This document shows positions 30,401-39,219 of a DNA stretch of 64,000 bases, piece by piece. A program made the position numbers and the translations under genes. Position 1 is the first letter of the stretch; the number at the start of each line of letters is the position of its first letter. The stretch is from assembly GCA_963708135.1 (NCBI GenBank), contig OY970192.1, positions 4,928,001-4,992,000 of the forward strand, read 5' to 3'. The notes under the pieces were generated by a model. That model did no database searches. It saw nothing but the letters and a program-made list of their open reading frames with translations, and was not told the origin of the DNA. The DNA comes from an uncultured Gemmatimonadales bacterium. GTDB lineage: Bacteria > Gemmatimonadota > Gemmatimonadetes > Longimicrobiales > RSA9.

Positions 30401-30621
30401 CACACCCCGCCGCCGGCCGCGCCGAAATAGAACGTGTTCGGCTTGCCCGGCACGCCGGTGGCCACCGTGGCCCAGCCGGCGCGGTAGGGGCCCACCAGCC
30501 GCCAGCGCATCCCGGCGTAGAGGGAGGAAGGGACGCCCGCCTGCGCGTGGAGCGGCAGGGCGGGCGTCGCCATGGCCAGACCGGCCAGGGAGAGTGCCAG
30601 CTTGGTGGTGCGCATCCTCAT
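27499..30621 (-). CDS. Secreted BNR/Asp-box (VPS10/GH74-like) beta-propeller glycosyl hydrolase
   Basis: Signal peptide, WRLVGP, many SxDGGxTW repeats. Confidence 0.85.
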   Translation of the reverse strand: MRMRTTKLALSLAGLAMATPALPLHAQAGVPSSLYAGMRWRLVGPYRAGWATVATGVPGKPNTFYFGAAGGGVWRTDDAGRTWRPLMQHESAASVGALAVASSDASVLYVGTGQVAARYDVLEGDGVYRSADGGETWRNTGLRESRHIGRILVDPHDPDRVLVAALGPYFAASRDRGVYLTTDGGARWTRVLAPENDRTGAVDLARDDAHPGVVYAATWQTQMHPWLDYFQPRIGPGSGIWKSTDGGAHWSRLSGGGLPPGPLGRIGIAVSGDVVYASIVASGDASGLYRSGDGGAHWTRVNADAALASDYFGRVTVAPDDPNTVYVMGQSIRRSTDGGRTITIVKGAPGGDDYHFLWIDPADPSHMVTGADQGAAVTVDGGRMWSSWYNQPTGQFYHVAADDRFPYRIYSGQQDNGTVGILSRGPYGVIELRDWHPVGGDERDYMVPKPGAPDTVFGSGLGGHLSRFDETTRQVAEASPWPVSTYGARPTTVKYRYTWITPLEFSPLPPHPMFFGAQVLFRSDDDGDTWRTISPDLTGAAPGGGRGAAAPPSDPAVAKADARESRRAAPPCQDPSPAEAVRCGFGVIYTIAPSPLQADEIWVGTDDGLIQLTRDGGAHWTNVTPPAVPAWGRIDAISPSRFTDGTAYAVVDMHRIGNDAPLVLRTGDFGKTWTRITDRIHADDYVMTVRADPVKPGLLYAGTRRRVYVSFDDGAHWQSLALNLPTVQVRDLLVHDGDLIAATNGRGLWVLDDVSPLRQAGADVAAAPAYLFRPDTAIRLRADENRDTPWPPSTPLGENPPTGAVIDYWLADSTSGAVTLAVKDAAGALVRRFSSDEPPPELPAERYFTKDWLGAPQRLSTAAGMHRYVWDLRGPRPPALHYEHSIAAVWPEHTPLLPEGALVLPGRYTVTLEAAGSTLTQPLTVTLDPRVHPPAGALESQLALADSIAASLRAAAAADSAIGALLQQKKATAGPDVAGRFADLRSGTGGLQEIDGVLASLFTAVESADAAPTRGQRAVYHDYGEKLEAVKARWKELRSR

Positions 30622-30767
30622 CGGCTCGCCTCCGGGCGGCCCCGTCCCCCGGCGTGCCGACGGTCGGCGGCGCGAGGGGGGCGTGGGTGGGGGGCGAATC
30701 TAGGGAGTGGGGGAGGGACTGCAACCGAGGGACTGTGAGCTGCGGGGGGGACGGCGGGTGAGGGGGG

Positions 30768-33119
30768 TCAGGGGTCGTCGAGGACGGCGGCGGGGGGGAT
30801 CCGGGCGGCGCGGCGGGCGGGGAGGGCGGCGGCGGCGAGGGTGGTGGCGGCGGTCACGGCGGCGGCGGCGAGGTAGACGGCGGGCTCGGTGGCCGAGGTG
30901 TCGAAGAGCAGGGAGCGGAACGGGCGCGCGAGCAGGGCGGCGGCGGCGGCGCCGAGCATGAAGCCGGGCACGGCAATGGTGCCGGCGTCGGTGAGGACGA
31001 GGCGACGGACCTGTCCGGCGGTGGCGCCCAGGGCGATGCGGATCCCGATCTCGCGGGTCCTCGCCCGCGCACGGTAGGAGATGACGCCGAAGAGCCCGAG
31101 CGCGGCGAGCAGCAGGGCGGCGGCGGCGAAGGTGGCGACGAGGCCGGCACGGAACCGGGGGGCGGCGGTGGCGCGCCGGAGCGAGGCGGCCACGGGCTCG
31201 AGGGTGGGGACGGGGAGGTCGGGGTCGACCTCGTGGATGGCGGCGCGGACGGCGGCGGCGATGCGGGTGTCGGGGAGTGCGCTGCGGACCACGAGGGAGA
31301 CCCATGGCCAGTCGCCGTCGTCGGGGAAGAAGAAGAGGGGCACGGGCGCGCCGGTGAGCTCGCGGTCGCGGACGTCGTCCACGATGCCGATGATGCGGCG
31401 CCAGTTGGTGCCATGGACGCCCATGGCAATGCGCCGGCCGATCGGGTCCTCGCCGGGGAAGACGGCGCGCGCGAAGGCGCGGGTCACGACCACGACCGGC
31501 TCGGCCGAAGGCCGGGCGTCGTCGGATCGGAGGAGGCGGCCGCGGGCGAGCCGCACGCCGGCGGCGTCGAAGTAGCCCGGCGTGATGCTGCGCCAGCGGG
31601 CGAAGGTGGTCTGGCCGGGGCCGGAGGGACGGCCCTCCACGGCCACATCGACGGTGGTGTTCCACTCGCCGAAGGGGGCCACGTTGGTGGCGCCGGCCGC
31701 GGCCACGCCGGGCACGGCACGGACGCGTGCGACGAGCGAGCGGAGCGTCGCGCCGTCGTCGTGGTAGCGGGGTGCGGTGAGAGCGAGGGGCGCGACCAGC
31801 ACGTGCTCGCGGGCGTAGCCCGGATCGACGGCCTGGAGGCGGGCGTAGCTGGTCACGAGCAGCCCTGCGCCGACGAGCAGGAGCACGGCGAGCGAGGTCT
31901 CGGCGACGGCGAGCAGGCGGAGCGCGCGTCCCGGGCCGGAGGCGGTGCGGCCGCCGGCGCGGAGCGCCCCGGCCAGGTCCACGCGGCCGGCGCCGAGCGC
32001 GGGCAGCACGCCGAAGAGGAAGCCGGCGCCGAGGGCAAGCAGGGATGCGGCGGCCACCGCCGCGGCGTCGAGGTGGACCGTGGCGATGCGCGGGGTCGCG
32101 GCGGGTGCGAGCGCGCGCAGCGCGGGCACGAGCCAGGCGGCGAGGACCGTGCCGAGCGCGCCGCCGGCGACGGCCAGCACGAGCGTCTCCGCGAGCACCT
32201 CGCCGGCCAGGCGGGCGCGCGATGCGCCCAGCGCGGCGCGCACGGTGAACTCGCGCGCGCGGCCCACGGAGCGGGCGAGGAAGAGGGCGGCGAGGTCGGC
32301 GCAGGTGAGCAGCAGCAGGAGCGCGACGGCGGCCGCGAGCAGCACCATCGCCCTCGTCGTCGCGGAGCCGATGAGCCACGGGCGGAAGCCGACGAGACGC
32401 ATGCCCCAGCCGCCGTCGCTCGCGGGATGCTCCTCTCCCATGCCGCGCGCCACCGCGGCCAGCGCGCGCGTGGCGGCCGTGGCGGAGATCCCCGGGCGCA
32501 GCCGGGCGATCACCGTGAGCTCGTGATCGGTGCGGTCCGCGCCGGCGCTGGGGGCCAGGGGCAGCCACACCTCAGGCGCGCCCAGCCACGGGGCGCCCGG
32601 CACCACGCCGACGACGGTCCGGCGCACGCCATCGAGCAGCAGCGTGCGGCCGACCGCGGGTCCACCGCCCAGCCGGCGCAGCGCGAAGCCGGCGGACACC
32701 AGCACGGCCGAGCCCTCGTCGCCGCGCGTCAGCAGGCGGCCGGCCTCCGGGGCAAGGCCGAGCACGCGGAACCAGCCGGGCGTGGCCGCGAAACCCGTGA
32801 CCCGCTCAGGCTCGGGGCCGCCGAGGAGCGTGAGCGTGCGGGACGCGCCGGCGGCCACGGCGGAGAGGGAGCGTTGCCGCGCCGCGAGGTCGAGAAAGCC
32901 CGGCTCCGAGAACGGGAAAGCGTCGCCTGCGGGGGTCGTGGCCACGACGCGCACGAGCCGGTCGGGGTCGGGGAACGGCAGCGGACGCAGCACGACGCCA
33001 TCCAGGATGCAGAGCATCGCGGCCGCGGCGCCGATGCCGATCGCGAGCACCGCCACGGCGACGAGGGTGGAGAAGCGATTTCGCGATGCGGCACGCAGCG
33101 CGCGTCGGAGCGGGTCCAT
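30768..33119 (-). CDS. Duplicated MacB/FtsX-type ABC permease (ADOP-like)
   Basis: LAIGIGA, RPLPFPDPDRLV, two R.ALGA motifs (REFTVRAALGA, REIGIRIALGA), LPARRAA. Confidence 0.85.
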   Translation of the reverse strand: MDPLRRALRAASRNRFSTLVAVAVLAIGIGAAAAMLCILDGVVLRPLPFPDPDRLVRVVATTPAGDAFPFSEPGFLDLAARQRSLSAVAAGASRTLTLLGGPEPERVTGFAATPGWFRVLGLAPEAGRLLTRGDEGSAVLVSAGFALRRLGGGPAVGRTLLLDGVRRTVVGVVPGAPWLGAPEVWLPLAPSAGADRTDHELTVIARLRPGISATAATRALAAVARGMGEEHPASDGGWGMRLVGFRPWLIGSATTRAMVLLAAAVALLLLLTCADLAALFLARSVGRAREFTVRAALGASRARLAGEVLAETLVLAVAGGALGTVLAAWLVPALRALAPAATPRIATVHLDAAAVAAASLLALGAGFLFGVLPALGAGRVDLAGALRAGGRTASGPGRALRLLAVAETSLAVLLLVGAGLLVTSYARLQAVDPGYAREHVLVAPLALTAPRYHDDGATLRSLVARVRAVPGVAAAGATNVAPFGEWNTTVDVAVEGRPSGPGQTTFARWRSITPGYFDAAGVRLARGRLLRSDDARPSAEPVVVVTRAFARAVFPGEDPIGRRIAMGVHGTNWRRIIGIVDDVRDRELTGAPVPLFFFPDDGDWPWVSLVVRSALPDTRIAAAVRAAIHEVDPDLPVPTLEPVAASLRRATAAPRFRAGLVATFAAAALLLAALGLFGVISYRARARTREIGIRIALGATAGQVRRLVLTDAGTIAVPGFMLGAAAAALLARPFRSLLFDTSATEPAVYLAAAAVTAATTLAAAALPARRAARIPPAAVLDDP

Positions 33120-33388
33120 GGGCGTGTCCAGTTGTCGGGTGGCGTGTCCGGTAGCCGGGGGGCAACAGGCGTGCCGGGTCGGTGCAGATCGGCCAACACG
33201 TTGGGGTGCTGGCGGTTGCGGCGTGAGGCGTGGCGTTGCGCGAGGCGGGGCCGTCCCACGAGCGGCCGGTGGAGCGCGCGGATCCGGACAGGCGGCGGGC
33301 GCGGCGGGGAGGAGCGGTGAGGTGGTGAGGCGGTGGGACGGCCGGCGGTATGACCGCCGGCCGTCCACCCCGAAAGGAGCCGGGAGCC

Positions 33389-34144
33389 CTAGCTCCCCTT
33401 CGATCCGCTCTTGCCCTCGTCCTTCTTGCCGTCCGGAGTGATCAGGTACCAGGTGCCGAACTGGTCGTGGATCTCCGCCTTGGTGGGCGGGGCGGCGTTC
33501 GTCGCGGACGTGCCGGTGGCGTAGCCGGGATTGCCGGCGGTGCCGTTCGGGTTCGTCGCGGCGGAGGTAGCGTTCGCACCGGTCGCATTGGCGGTTCCGG
33601 CGGCCGCGCCGCTGGCGTGGAAGTAGAGCGGGTGGCCGTTGTAGGTGGCCTGCATGGTGCCATCGGCGCGCTGGAGCGTGCTGAGCTTCGACTGGTCCAG
33701 CTGGCCCGTCGCCTTGCCGGTGGCGTCACTCGGGTTGCTCGCTTCCGGCGTGCCGGTGGCGGGTTGGGTGGCGCCGTTCATGGCCTCCCCGCTGCCGAGC
33801 GTCGGCTGGCCGACCACCAGCACCGGGGCCCAGGCGTTCAGGCAGGGACCCGTGCACTCGGACTTCGTGGGCGTGTCCTTCTCCAGGATCCAGAGCGCCT
33901 GGCCGTTGCCGTCCGTGACGAAGGTTCCGACCCCGGGCGCGGTGCTGACCTGGAGCGTGACGGCGCCCGGCTGGCCGGGCATCGCCTGGGTGGGGGCCGC
34001 CGGCATGGCGGCGGTGGACTCGGCCGGCGCGGGCGTCGCGGCGGGCGCAGCGGCCTCGTTGTTGACGGTCTCGTTCCGGCGGCAGCCGACCAGGGCCGTC
34101 GCGGCACAGAGCACGCCCAGCGTGGTCTTCAACGTACGGTGCAT
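33389..34144 (-). CDS. Secreted-repeat lipoprotein (COG4315-like)
   Basis: GGAGG RBS; lipobox LVGC; CTGPCLNAW, QATYNGHPLY, GTWYLI. Confidence 0.75.
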   Translation of the reverse strand: MHRTLKTTLGVLCAATALVGCRRNETVNNEAAAPAATPAPAESTAAMPAAPTQAMPGQPGAVTLQVSTAPGVGTFVTDGNGQALWILEKDTPTKSECTGPCLNAWAPVLVVGQPTLGSGEAMNGATQPATGTPEASNPSDATGKATGQLDQSKLSTLQRADGTMQATYNGHPLYFHASGAAAGTANATGANATSAATNPNGTAGNPGYATGTSATNAAPPTKAEIHDQFGTWYLITPDGKKDEGKSGSKGS

Positions 34145-34311
34145 TGTCGTGCCTCCTGCTCGGTCGTGTTTTGTGCGGACATCGCGCCGGGGTTTGCTCG
34201 CAAGACCCGTGCACGCAAAACGTTGGACAGCCGCCTCCGGGCGCGTTAAGGTGGGGGCGCGCACCCGGCCGCCCGGCCGGGGCGGCGCCCCCAGACACCC
34301 GGAGATCTCCC

Positions 34312-37278
34312 ATGTCCTTCGTGCTCCCGCGGCGACGCGGCACGCCCACGCTCCCGCTCCGCGCGGCTGGCCGCGGTGCGGCGGCGGCCGGCGGCCGCGG
34401 CGTCGCCTGCCGACTGCTGCTCGCGCTGGCGATCCTCGGCCCCGCGGCGAGTCCCGCGCGCGCGCAGGAAAAGGCGGCGGCGGTCCAGGCGCAGGACCAG
34501 GACTACGGCCGCCTCATCGCGCGCTACCTCCAGGACCCGCGCGTCACCACCGACCTGGTGGACCACCTGCCCGCCTCGGCCACGGTTGCCACGCCGCTCC
34601 AGTTCTTCCGCTCGATGCCGGGCGAGCCGGGCGAGCTGCGCTACGCGAAGGACATCCACCGCTACTTCGCGGCGCTGGCCCAGTCGTCGCCGCGGGCGAA
34701 GTACTGGCCGATCGGGAAGACGGAGGAGGGGCGGGAGCAGGTGATCCTGGCGATCGGCGACTCGGGCTCGATCGCGGGGCTGGATGGGGACGCGGCGATG
34801 CTGGCGGCGCTGACGGACCCGCGGCGCACCACGGAGGCGGAGGCGGCGCGGCTGGTCCACGAGGCGAAGCCGATCTACTGGATCACGAGCGGGATCCACT
34901 CGCCGGAGACGGGCGGGCCGGAGATGCTGACGGAGCTGGCCTACCGGCTGATCGTGGAGGAGACGCCGTTCGTGCAGGCGATCCGGAAGGGGGTGATCGT
35001 CTTCATCACGCCGGTGGTGGAGGTGGACGGGCGGGAGAAGGAGGTGGACACGTACTACTACGGCAAGAAGACGGGGAAGCGGCGGCCGCCGCTCGTGTAC
35101 TGGGGGAAGTACGTTCAGCACGACAACAACCGGGACGGCATGGGGCAATTCCTGGCGCTGACGCAGAACATCACGAAGAGCTTCCTCGCGTGGCACCCGA
35201 CGTTCCTGCACGACCTGCACGAGGCGCAGTCGTACCTGTACGTGTCGACGGGGACGGGCCCGTACAATCCGGCGCTGGACCCGATCGCGACGGACGAGTG
35301 GTGGCTGCTGGCGGAGACGGAAGTGATGGAGATGGCGAAACGGGGAGTGCCGGGCGTGTTCACCTACGGCTTCTACGATGGCTGGGTGCCGAACTACCTC
35401 TTCTGGATCGCGAACACGCACAACTCGTTCGGCCGCTTCTACGAGGTGCAGTCGTACGGCCCGGACACGCTGACGCTGCGTCTGCCGGCTACGGCGACGA
35501 GCCGGGAGTGGTACCGGGGCAACCCGCCGCTGCCGTCGATCCACTGGGGCCCGCGCAACAACGTGAACATCCAGGAGTCGGCGCTGCTGATCGCGCTGCA
35601 CAAGGTGGCCGAGGACCGGGAGCTTTACCTGGAGAACTACTGGCTGAAGAACCGGCGCTCGGTCGAGCGGGGGCGCACGGAGGCGCCGTACGCGTGGGTG
35701 GTGCCGGCGTCGCAGCGGCGGAAGGTGGAGGCGGCGGATTTCGTGAACGCGCTGCGCCGGCAGGGGGTCGAGATCCAGCAGGCGACGAGCGCCGGCAGCT
35801 TCGCGGGGGTGGCCGTCGCACCGGGGGACTACGTGATCCGGGCGGACCAGCCGTACCGCACGCTGGTGGACATGTACCTGAGCGTGCAGGACTACTCGCC
35901 GGCGAACCCGCTGCCCTACGATGACACGGGCTGGACGATGCAGCTCATGCGGGACGTGATCGTGCACCCGGTGGCGGACGCCGCGATCCTGTCCGCGGGC
36001 ATGCAGCCGCTGGCGGAGGCCGCGAAGGTGGCCGGCACCGTCACGGGCGCCGGCCCGGTGCTCGTGGTGGACCACACCACGGACAACACGCTGGTGACGT
36101 TCCGCTTCCGGAACGCGGGCGTGCGGATGCTCGCGGCGGAGCGGGACTTCGACCTGGCGGGGCACCATTTCCGGGCGGGCGCCTTCATCATCCCGGCGGC
36201 GGCGCGCGCGAAGCTGGAGGCGTCGATCCGCGAGCTGGGGCTCTCGGCGTGGGCCGTGGCCGCGGCGCCCGACGTGCCGGCGCACGCGCTCGAGGTGCCG
36301 CGCATCGGCTACGTGCACAGCTGGGTGCGCACGCAGGACGAGGGGTGGGTGCGCGCCGCGCTCGACCACTACGGCGTGCCGTACCACTATTTCGCCGACA
36401 CGAAGCTGCGCGAGGGGCACCTGCGCGCGAAGTACGACGTCATCATCTACCCCCACGTGAGCGGCTCGACGCAGTCGATGCTGAACGGGCTGCCGGAGAC
36501 GGGCGAGCCGGTCCCGTACCGGCGGACGGCGCTCACGCCCAACCTGGGCACGCCGGACTCGAGCGCCGACATCCGCGGCGGGATGGGGCTGGACGGGCTG
36601 CTCGAGCTGGCCCGCTTCGTCGAGCAGGGCGGCACGCTCATCACGGAGGGCGCCACGGCGACCCTCTTCCCCGAGTTCGGCATCACCAGCGGCGTGAGCG
36701 TCGAGCACCCGGAGGGGCTGTTCGTGCGCGGCTCGATCCTGCGCGGCGTGATCTCCGACCGGACCAGTCCGATCGCCTACGGGTACGACGGCGGGCAGCT
36801 CCCGGTGTACTTCAACCAGGACCCGGTGCTCGAGGCGGGCGGCGGCGCGGCGACGTTCCTGTCCGGCCGTGCCGAGGCGATGCCCGGCGTGGGCGTGAAC
36901 ATCACGCCGAACGCGCGCGCGGTGAACCACCTCTCGCCGTGGGACAGCGCGGCGGCGAGGCCGGCGCCGCGCGGACCCTCGGCGGACGACGCGGCCGCGT
37001 TCCGCTCGATGATGCGCCGCTACGGCCTCGTGCCCGCGACGCCGCCGCGCGTCGTGATGCGCTTCCCGCGCGACCCCGACGACATGCTGCTCTCGGGAAC
37101 GCTGGTAGGCGGGCAGGCGCTGTCGAACCGCGCCCTCGCCGTGGACGCGCCGCTGGGGCAGGGGCACGTGGTCATGTTCGCGCTGCGGCCGTTCTGGCGC
37201 TGGCAGACGCAGGGGACGTATTTCCTGGCGTTCAACGCGATCCTGAACTGGAACCATCTTTCCGCGGGCGGAAAGTGA
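34312..37278 (+). CDS. M14 family zinc carboxypeptidase-like protein
   Basis: GIHSPE, DNNRD, HDLHE; C-terminal amidotransferase-like region. Confidence 0.85.
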   Translation: MSFVLPRRRGTPTLPLRAAGRGAAAAGGRGVACRLLLALAILGPAASPARAQEKAAAVQAQDQDYGRLIARYLQDPRVTTDLVDHLPASATVATPLQFFRSMPGEPGELRYAKDIHRYFAALAQSSPRAKYWPIGKTEEGREQVILAIGDSGSIAGLDGDAAMLAALTDPRRTTEAEAARLVHEAKPIYWITSGIHSPETGGPEMLTELAYRLIVEETPFVQAIRKGVIVFITPVVEVDGREKEVDTYYYGKKTGKRRPPLVYWGKYVQHDNNRDGMGQFLALTQNITKSFLAWHPTFLHDLHEAQSYLYVSTGTGPYNPALDPIATDEWWLLAETEVMEMAKRGVPGVFTYGFYDGWVPNYLFWIANTHNSFGRFYEVQSYGPDTLTLRLPATATSREWYRGNPPLPSIHWGPRNNVNIQESALLIALHKVAEDRELYLENYWLKNRRSVERGRTEAPYAWVVPASQRRKVEAADFVNALRRQGVEIQQATSAGSFAGVAVAPGDYVIRADQPYRTLVDMYLSVQDYSPANPLPYDDTGWTMQLMRDVIVHPVADAAILSAGMQPLAEAAKVAGTVTGAGPVLVVDHTTDNTLVTFRFRNAGVRMLAAERDFDLAGHHFRAGAFIIPAAARAKLEASIRELGLSAWAVAAAPDVPAHALEVPRIGYVHSWVRTQDEGWVRAALDHYGVPYHYFADTKLREGHLRAKYDVIIYPHVSGSTQSMLNGLPETGEPVPYRRTALTPNLGTPDSSADIRGGMGLDGLLELARFVEQGGTLITEGATATLFPEFGITSGVSVEHPEGLFVRGSILRGVISDRTSPIAYGYDGGQLPVYFNQDPVLEAGGGAATFLSGRAEAMPGVGVNITPNARAVNHLSPWDSAAARPAPRGPSADDAAAFRSMMRRYGLVPATPPRVVMRFPRDPDDMLLSGTLVGGQALSNRALAVDAPLGQGHVVMFALRPFWRWQTQGTYFLAFNAILNWNHLSAGGK

Positions 37279-37374
37279 AGTAGATAAGGGGAGGCGGGAT
37301 GCGGGGTTCGAGCCTCGGGGCTCGAGGCTCGGGGCGCGGCCGGGGGCTCGGGGAAGAATCTGGAGGCCAGAGAG

Positions 37375-38631
37375 ATGAAGAGAAGGGTGCAGATGATCGC
37401 GGGGGTGGTGGTCGTGGCCGGCCTGGCGTTGGTCGGGATCGCGATCCGCGGGCGCGGGGCGGCGGCACCGGCGGCGCAGGATCTGGTGGTGCGGACGGCG
37501 GTGGTGCACCGAGCACCGCTGGACGTGCAGGCGGAGGCGGCCGGGACGGTCGAGCCGAGCGACACGGTGGGGGTGAAGTCGCGCGCATCGGGGGAGATCC
37601 TGGAGCTGTACGCGGACGTGGGCGACCGGGTCAAGCGCGGGACGCTGCTCGCGAAGATCGATCCGCGCGACGTGAAGAACGCGCTGGCGCAGGCGCAGGC
37701 GAACCTGGCCGTGGCGGAGGCGCAGCTCGCGGCCGACACCGCGCAGCTGCGGCGGGCAGCGGTGCTGCTCAAGTCGAACGTGATGACGAAGCAGGAGTAC
37801 GAGCAGGCGCGGCTCACGGCGGCGCAGGGCGAGTCGGGCCTGGTGAAGGCACGCACGAACCTGGAGCTCGCGCGCAAGAACATGGCGGACGTGGAGATCG
37901 CGGCGCCGATCGACGGCACGATCATCCAGCGGCCGGTGGCACCGGGGCAGATCATCGCGTCGGCGTCGCAGACGCCGTCGGGCGGCACGCTGCTCTTCGA
38001 GATGGCGGACCTGGCGCGCATGCAGGTCCGGGCGATGGTCGACGAGACGGACGTCGGGCAGGTGCGGCCGGGACAGCAGGCGCAGGTGATGGTCGAGTCC
38101 TACCCCGGCCGGAGCTTCCCGGGCGTGGTCGAGAAGATCGAGCCGCAGGCGGTGGTGGACCAGAGCGTCACGATGTTCCCGGTGGTGATCGGGCTGGAGA
38201 ACCGCGACCGGATGCTCAGGCCGGGGATGAACGCGGACGTGCAGATCCAGGTGCAGGCGCGGCGGGAGGCGCTCGTGCTGCCGAGCGACGCCGTGGTGGA
38301 CCCGACCGACGCCGAGGACCTGGCCAGGCCGCTCGGGAAGCAGGCGGCCGACGTGGTGAGCGCCGCGCTCGCCGCCCGCGACTCGGTCGCGGCGGGTGCC
38401 GGCAAGCTCGCGCGCCCCGGCCTCGTGTTCGTGGCGACGGGCAGCCGGATCGAGCCGCGCACCGTGGTGCTCGGCGCCGAGGACTGGCAGAGCACGGAGG
38501 TGCTGAGCGGACTCGAGGAGGGCGAGCACGTGGTGCTGACCTCCTCCCTCCGGCGCGTCGAGCAGGCGCAGCGCGTGGCGGCCATGGAGGGAGGGAAGCC
38601 CCGGGCGATCGTGGCGGCGGAGCCGGAGTAG
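37375..38631 (+). CDS. Efflux periplasmic adaptor (MacA/HlyD family)
   Basis: N-terminal TM, VGDRVKRG lipoyl motif, IAAPIDG, VDETDVG, LRPGMNA. Confidence 0.88.
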   Translation: MKRRVQMIAGVVVVAGLALVGIAIRGRGAAAPAAQDLVVRTAVVHRAPLDVQAEAAGTVEPSDTVGVKSRASGEILELYADVGDRVKRGTLLAKIDPRDVKNALAQAQANLAVAEAQLAADTAQLRRAAVLLKSNVMTKQEYEQARLTAAQGESGLVKARTNLELARKNMADVEIAAPIDGTIIQRPVAPGQIIASASQTPSGGTLLFEMADLARMQVRAMVDETDVGQVRPGQQAQVMVESYPGRSFPGVVEKIEPQAVVDQSVTMFPVVIGLENRDRMLRPGMNADVQIQVQARREALVLPSDAVVDPTDAEDLARPLGKQAADVVSAALAARDSVAAGAGKLARPGLVFVATGSRIEPRTVVLGAEDWQSTEVLSGLEEGEHVVLTSSLRRVEQAQRVAAMEGGKPRAIVAAEPE

Positions 38632-38667
38632 CTCGGCGCGCGGCTACTCGCGCGCCGCTCGAACGCC

Positions 38668-39102
38668 CTACTCCCGGGTCAGGACGATGTCGATGGCGAC
38701 GTCGTTGAAGGTGGCGGTGCCGGAGAGGCCGTCGCCGTCGAAGGTGAAGGTCATGTCGCGGACGAACGTGTCCGCCTCCTGCTGGAACTCCACGGTCTGG
38801 CCATCGACGGTGAAGGTGCCGGCGAGGTTCGCGCTCAGGTCCGCTCCGTTCTCGCCGCCGGCCGGCACGAAGAGGGCGCCTCCCGTGGTTCCGTCCGCGT
38901 TCAGCGTCAGGGTCATGCTGGCGCCGGCCTGCACCTGGTCGGTGGTCACGCCGCCGACCGTCGTGTTGAGCTGCGTCAGCGTGTAGGTCCCCGCCAGGTC
39001 GGCGGCCGACGGGCCGGTCGGCCCGTCCTTGCCGCAGCCGGCCACTGCGGCGAGGGCGAGGAGCAGGGGAATCGAGGCGGGGTGGCGCATGCTGCGGTGC
39101 AT
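38668..39102 (-). CDS. Small hypothetical lipoprotein (beta-barrel-like)
   Basis: GGAGG RBS, lipobox VAGC, beta-rich sequence. Confidence 0.65.
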   Translation of the reverse strand: MHRSMRHPASIPLLLALAAVAGCGKDGPTGPSAADLAGTYTLTQLNTTVGGVTTDQVQAGASMTLTLNADGTTGGALFVPAGGENGADLSANLAGTFTVDGQTVEFQQEADTFVRDMTFTFDGDGLSGTATFNDVAIDIVLTRE

Positions 39103-39219
39103 CGGTCCTCCATTGCCGCTGGAATCCATTTCTCCCAACCTGGGCCGTGCCGTCCGGTCCCGGCAACCCGGACTCTCCGCGCCTCGGCGCTCCTCCGCGC
39201 GGAGTCCGCGCGGGCCGCC

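Noticed and set aside
34246..38529. 1427-aa antisense ORF (and similar long shadows such as 14053-15993, 40097-43870, 19754-22771)
   Set aside because: Arg/Pro/Ala-rich shadow frames of genes with clear motifs; expected at this GC content.
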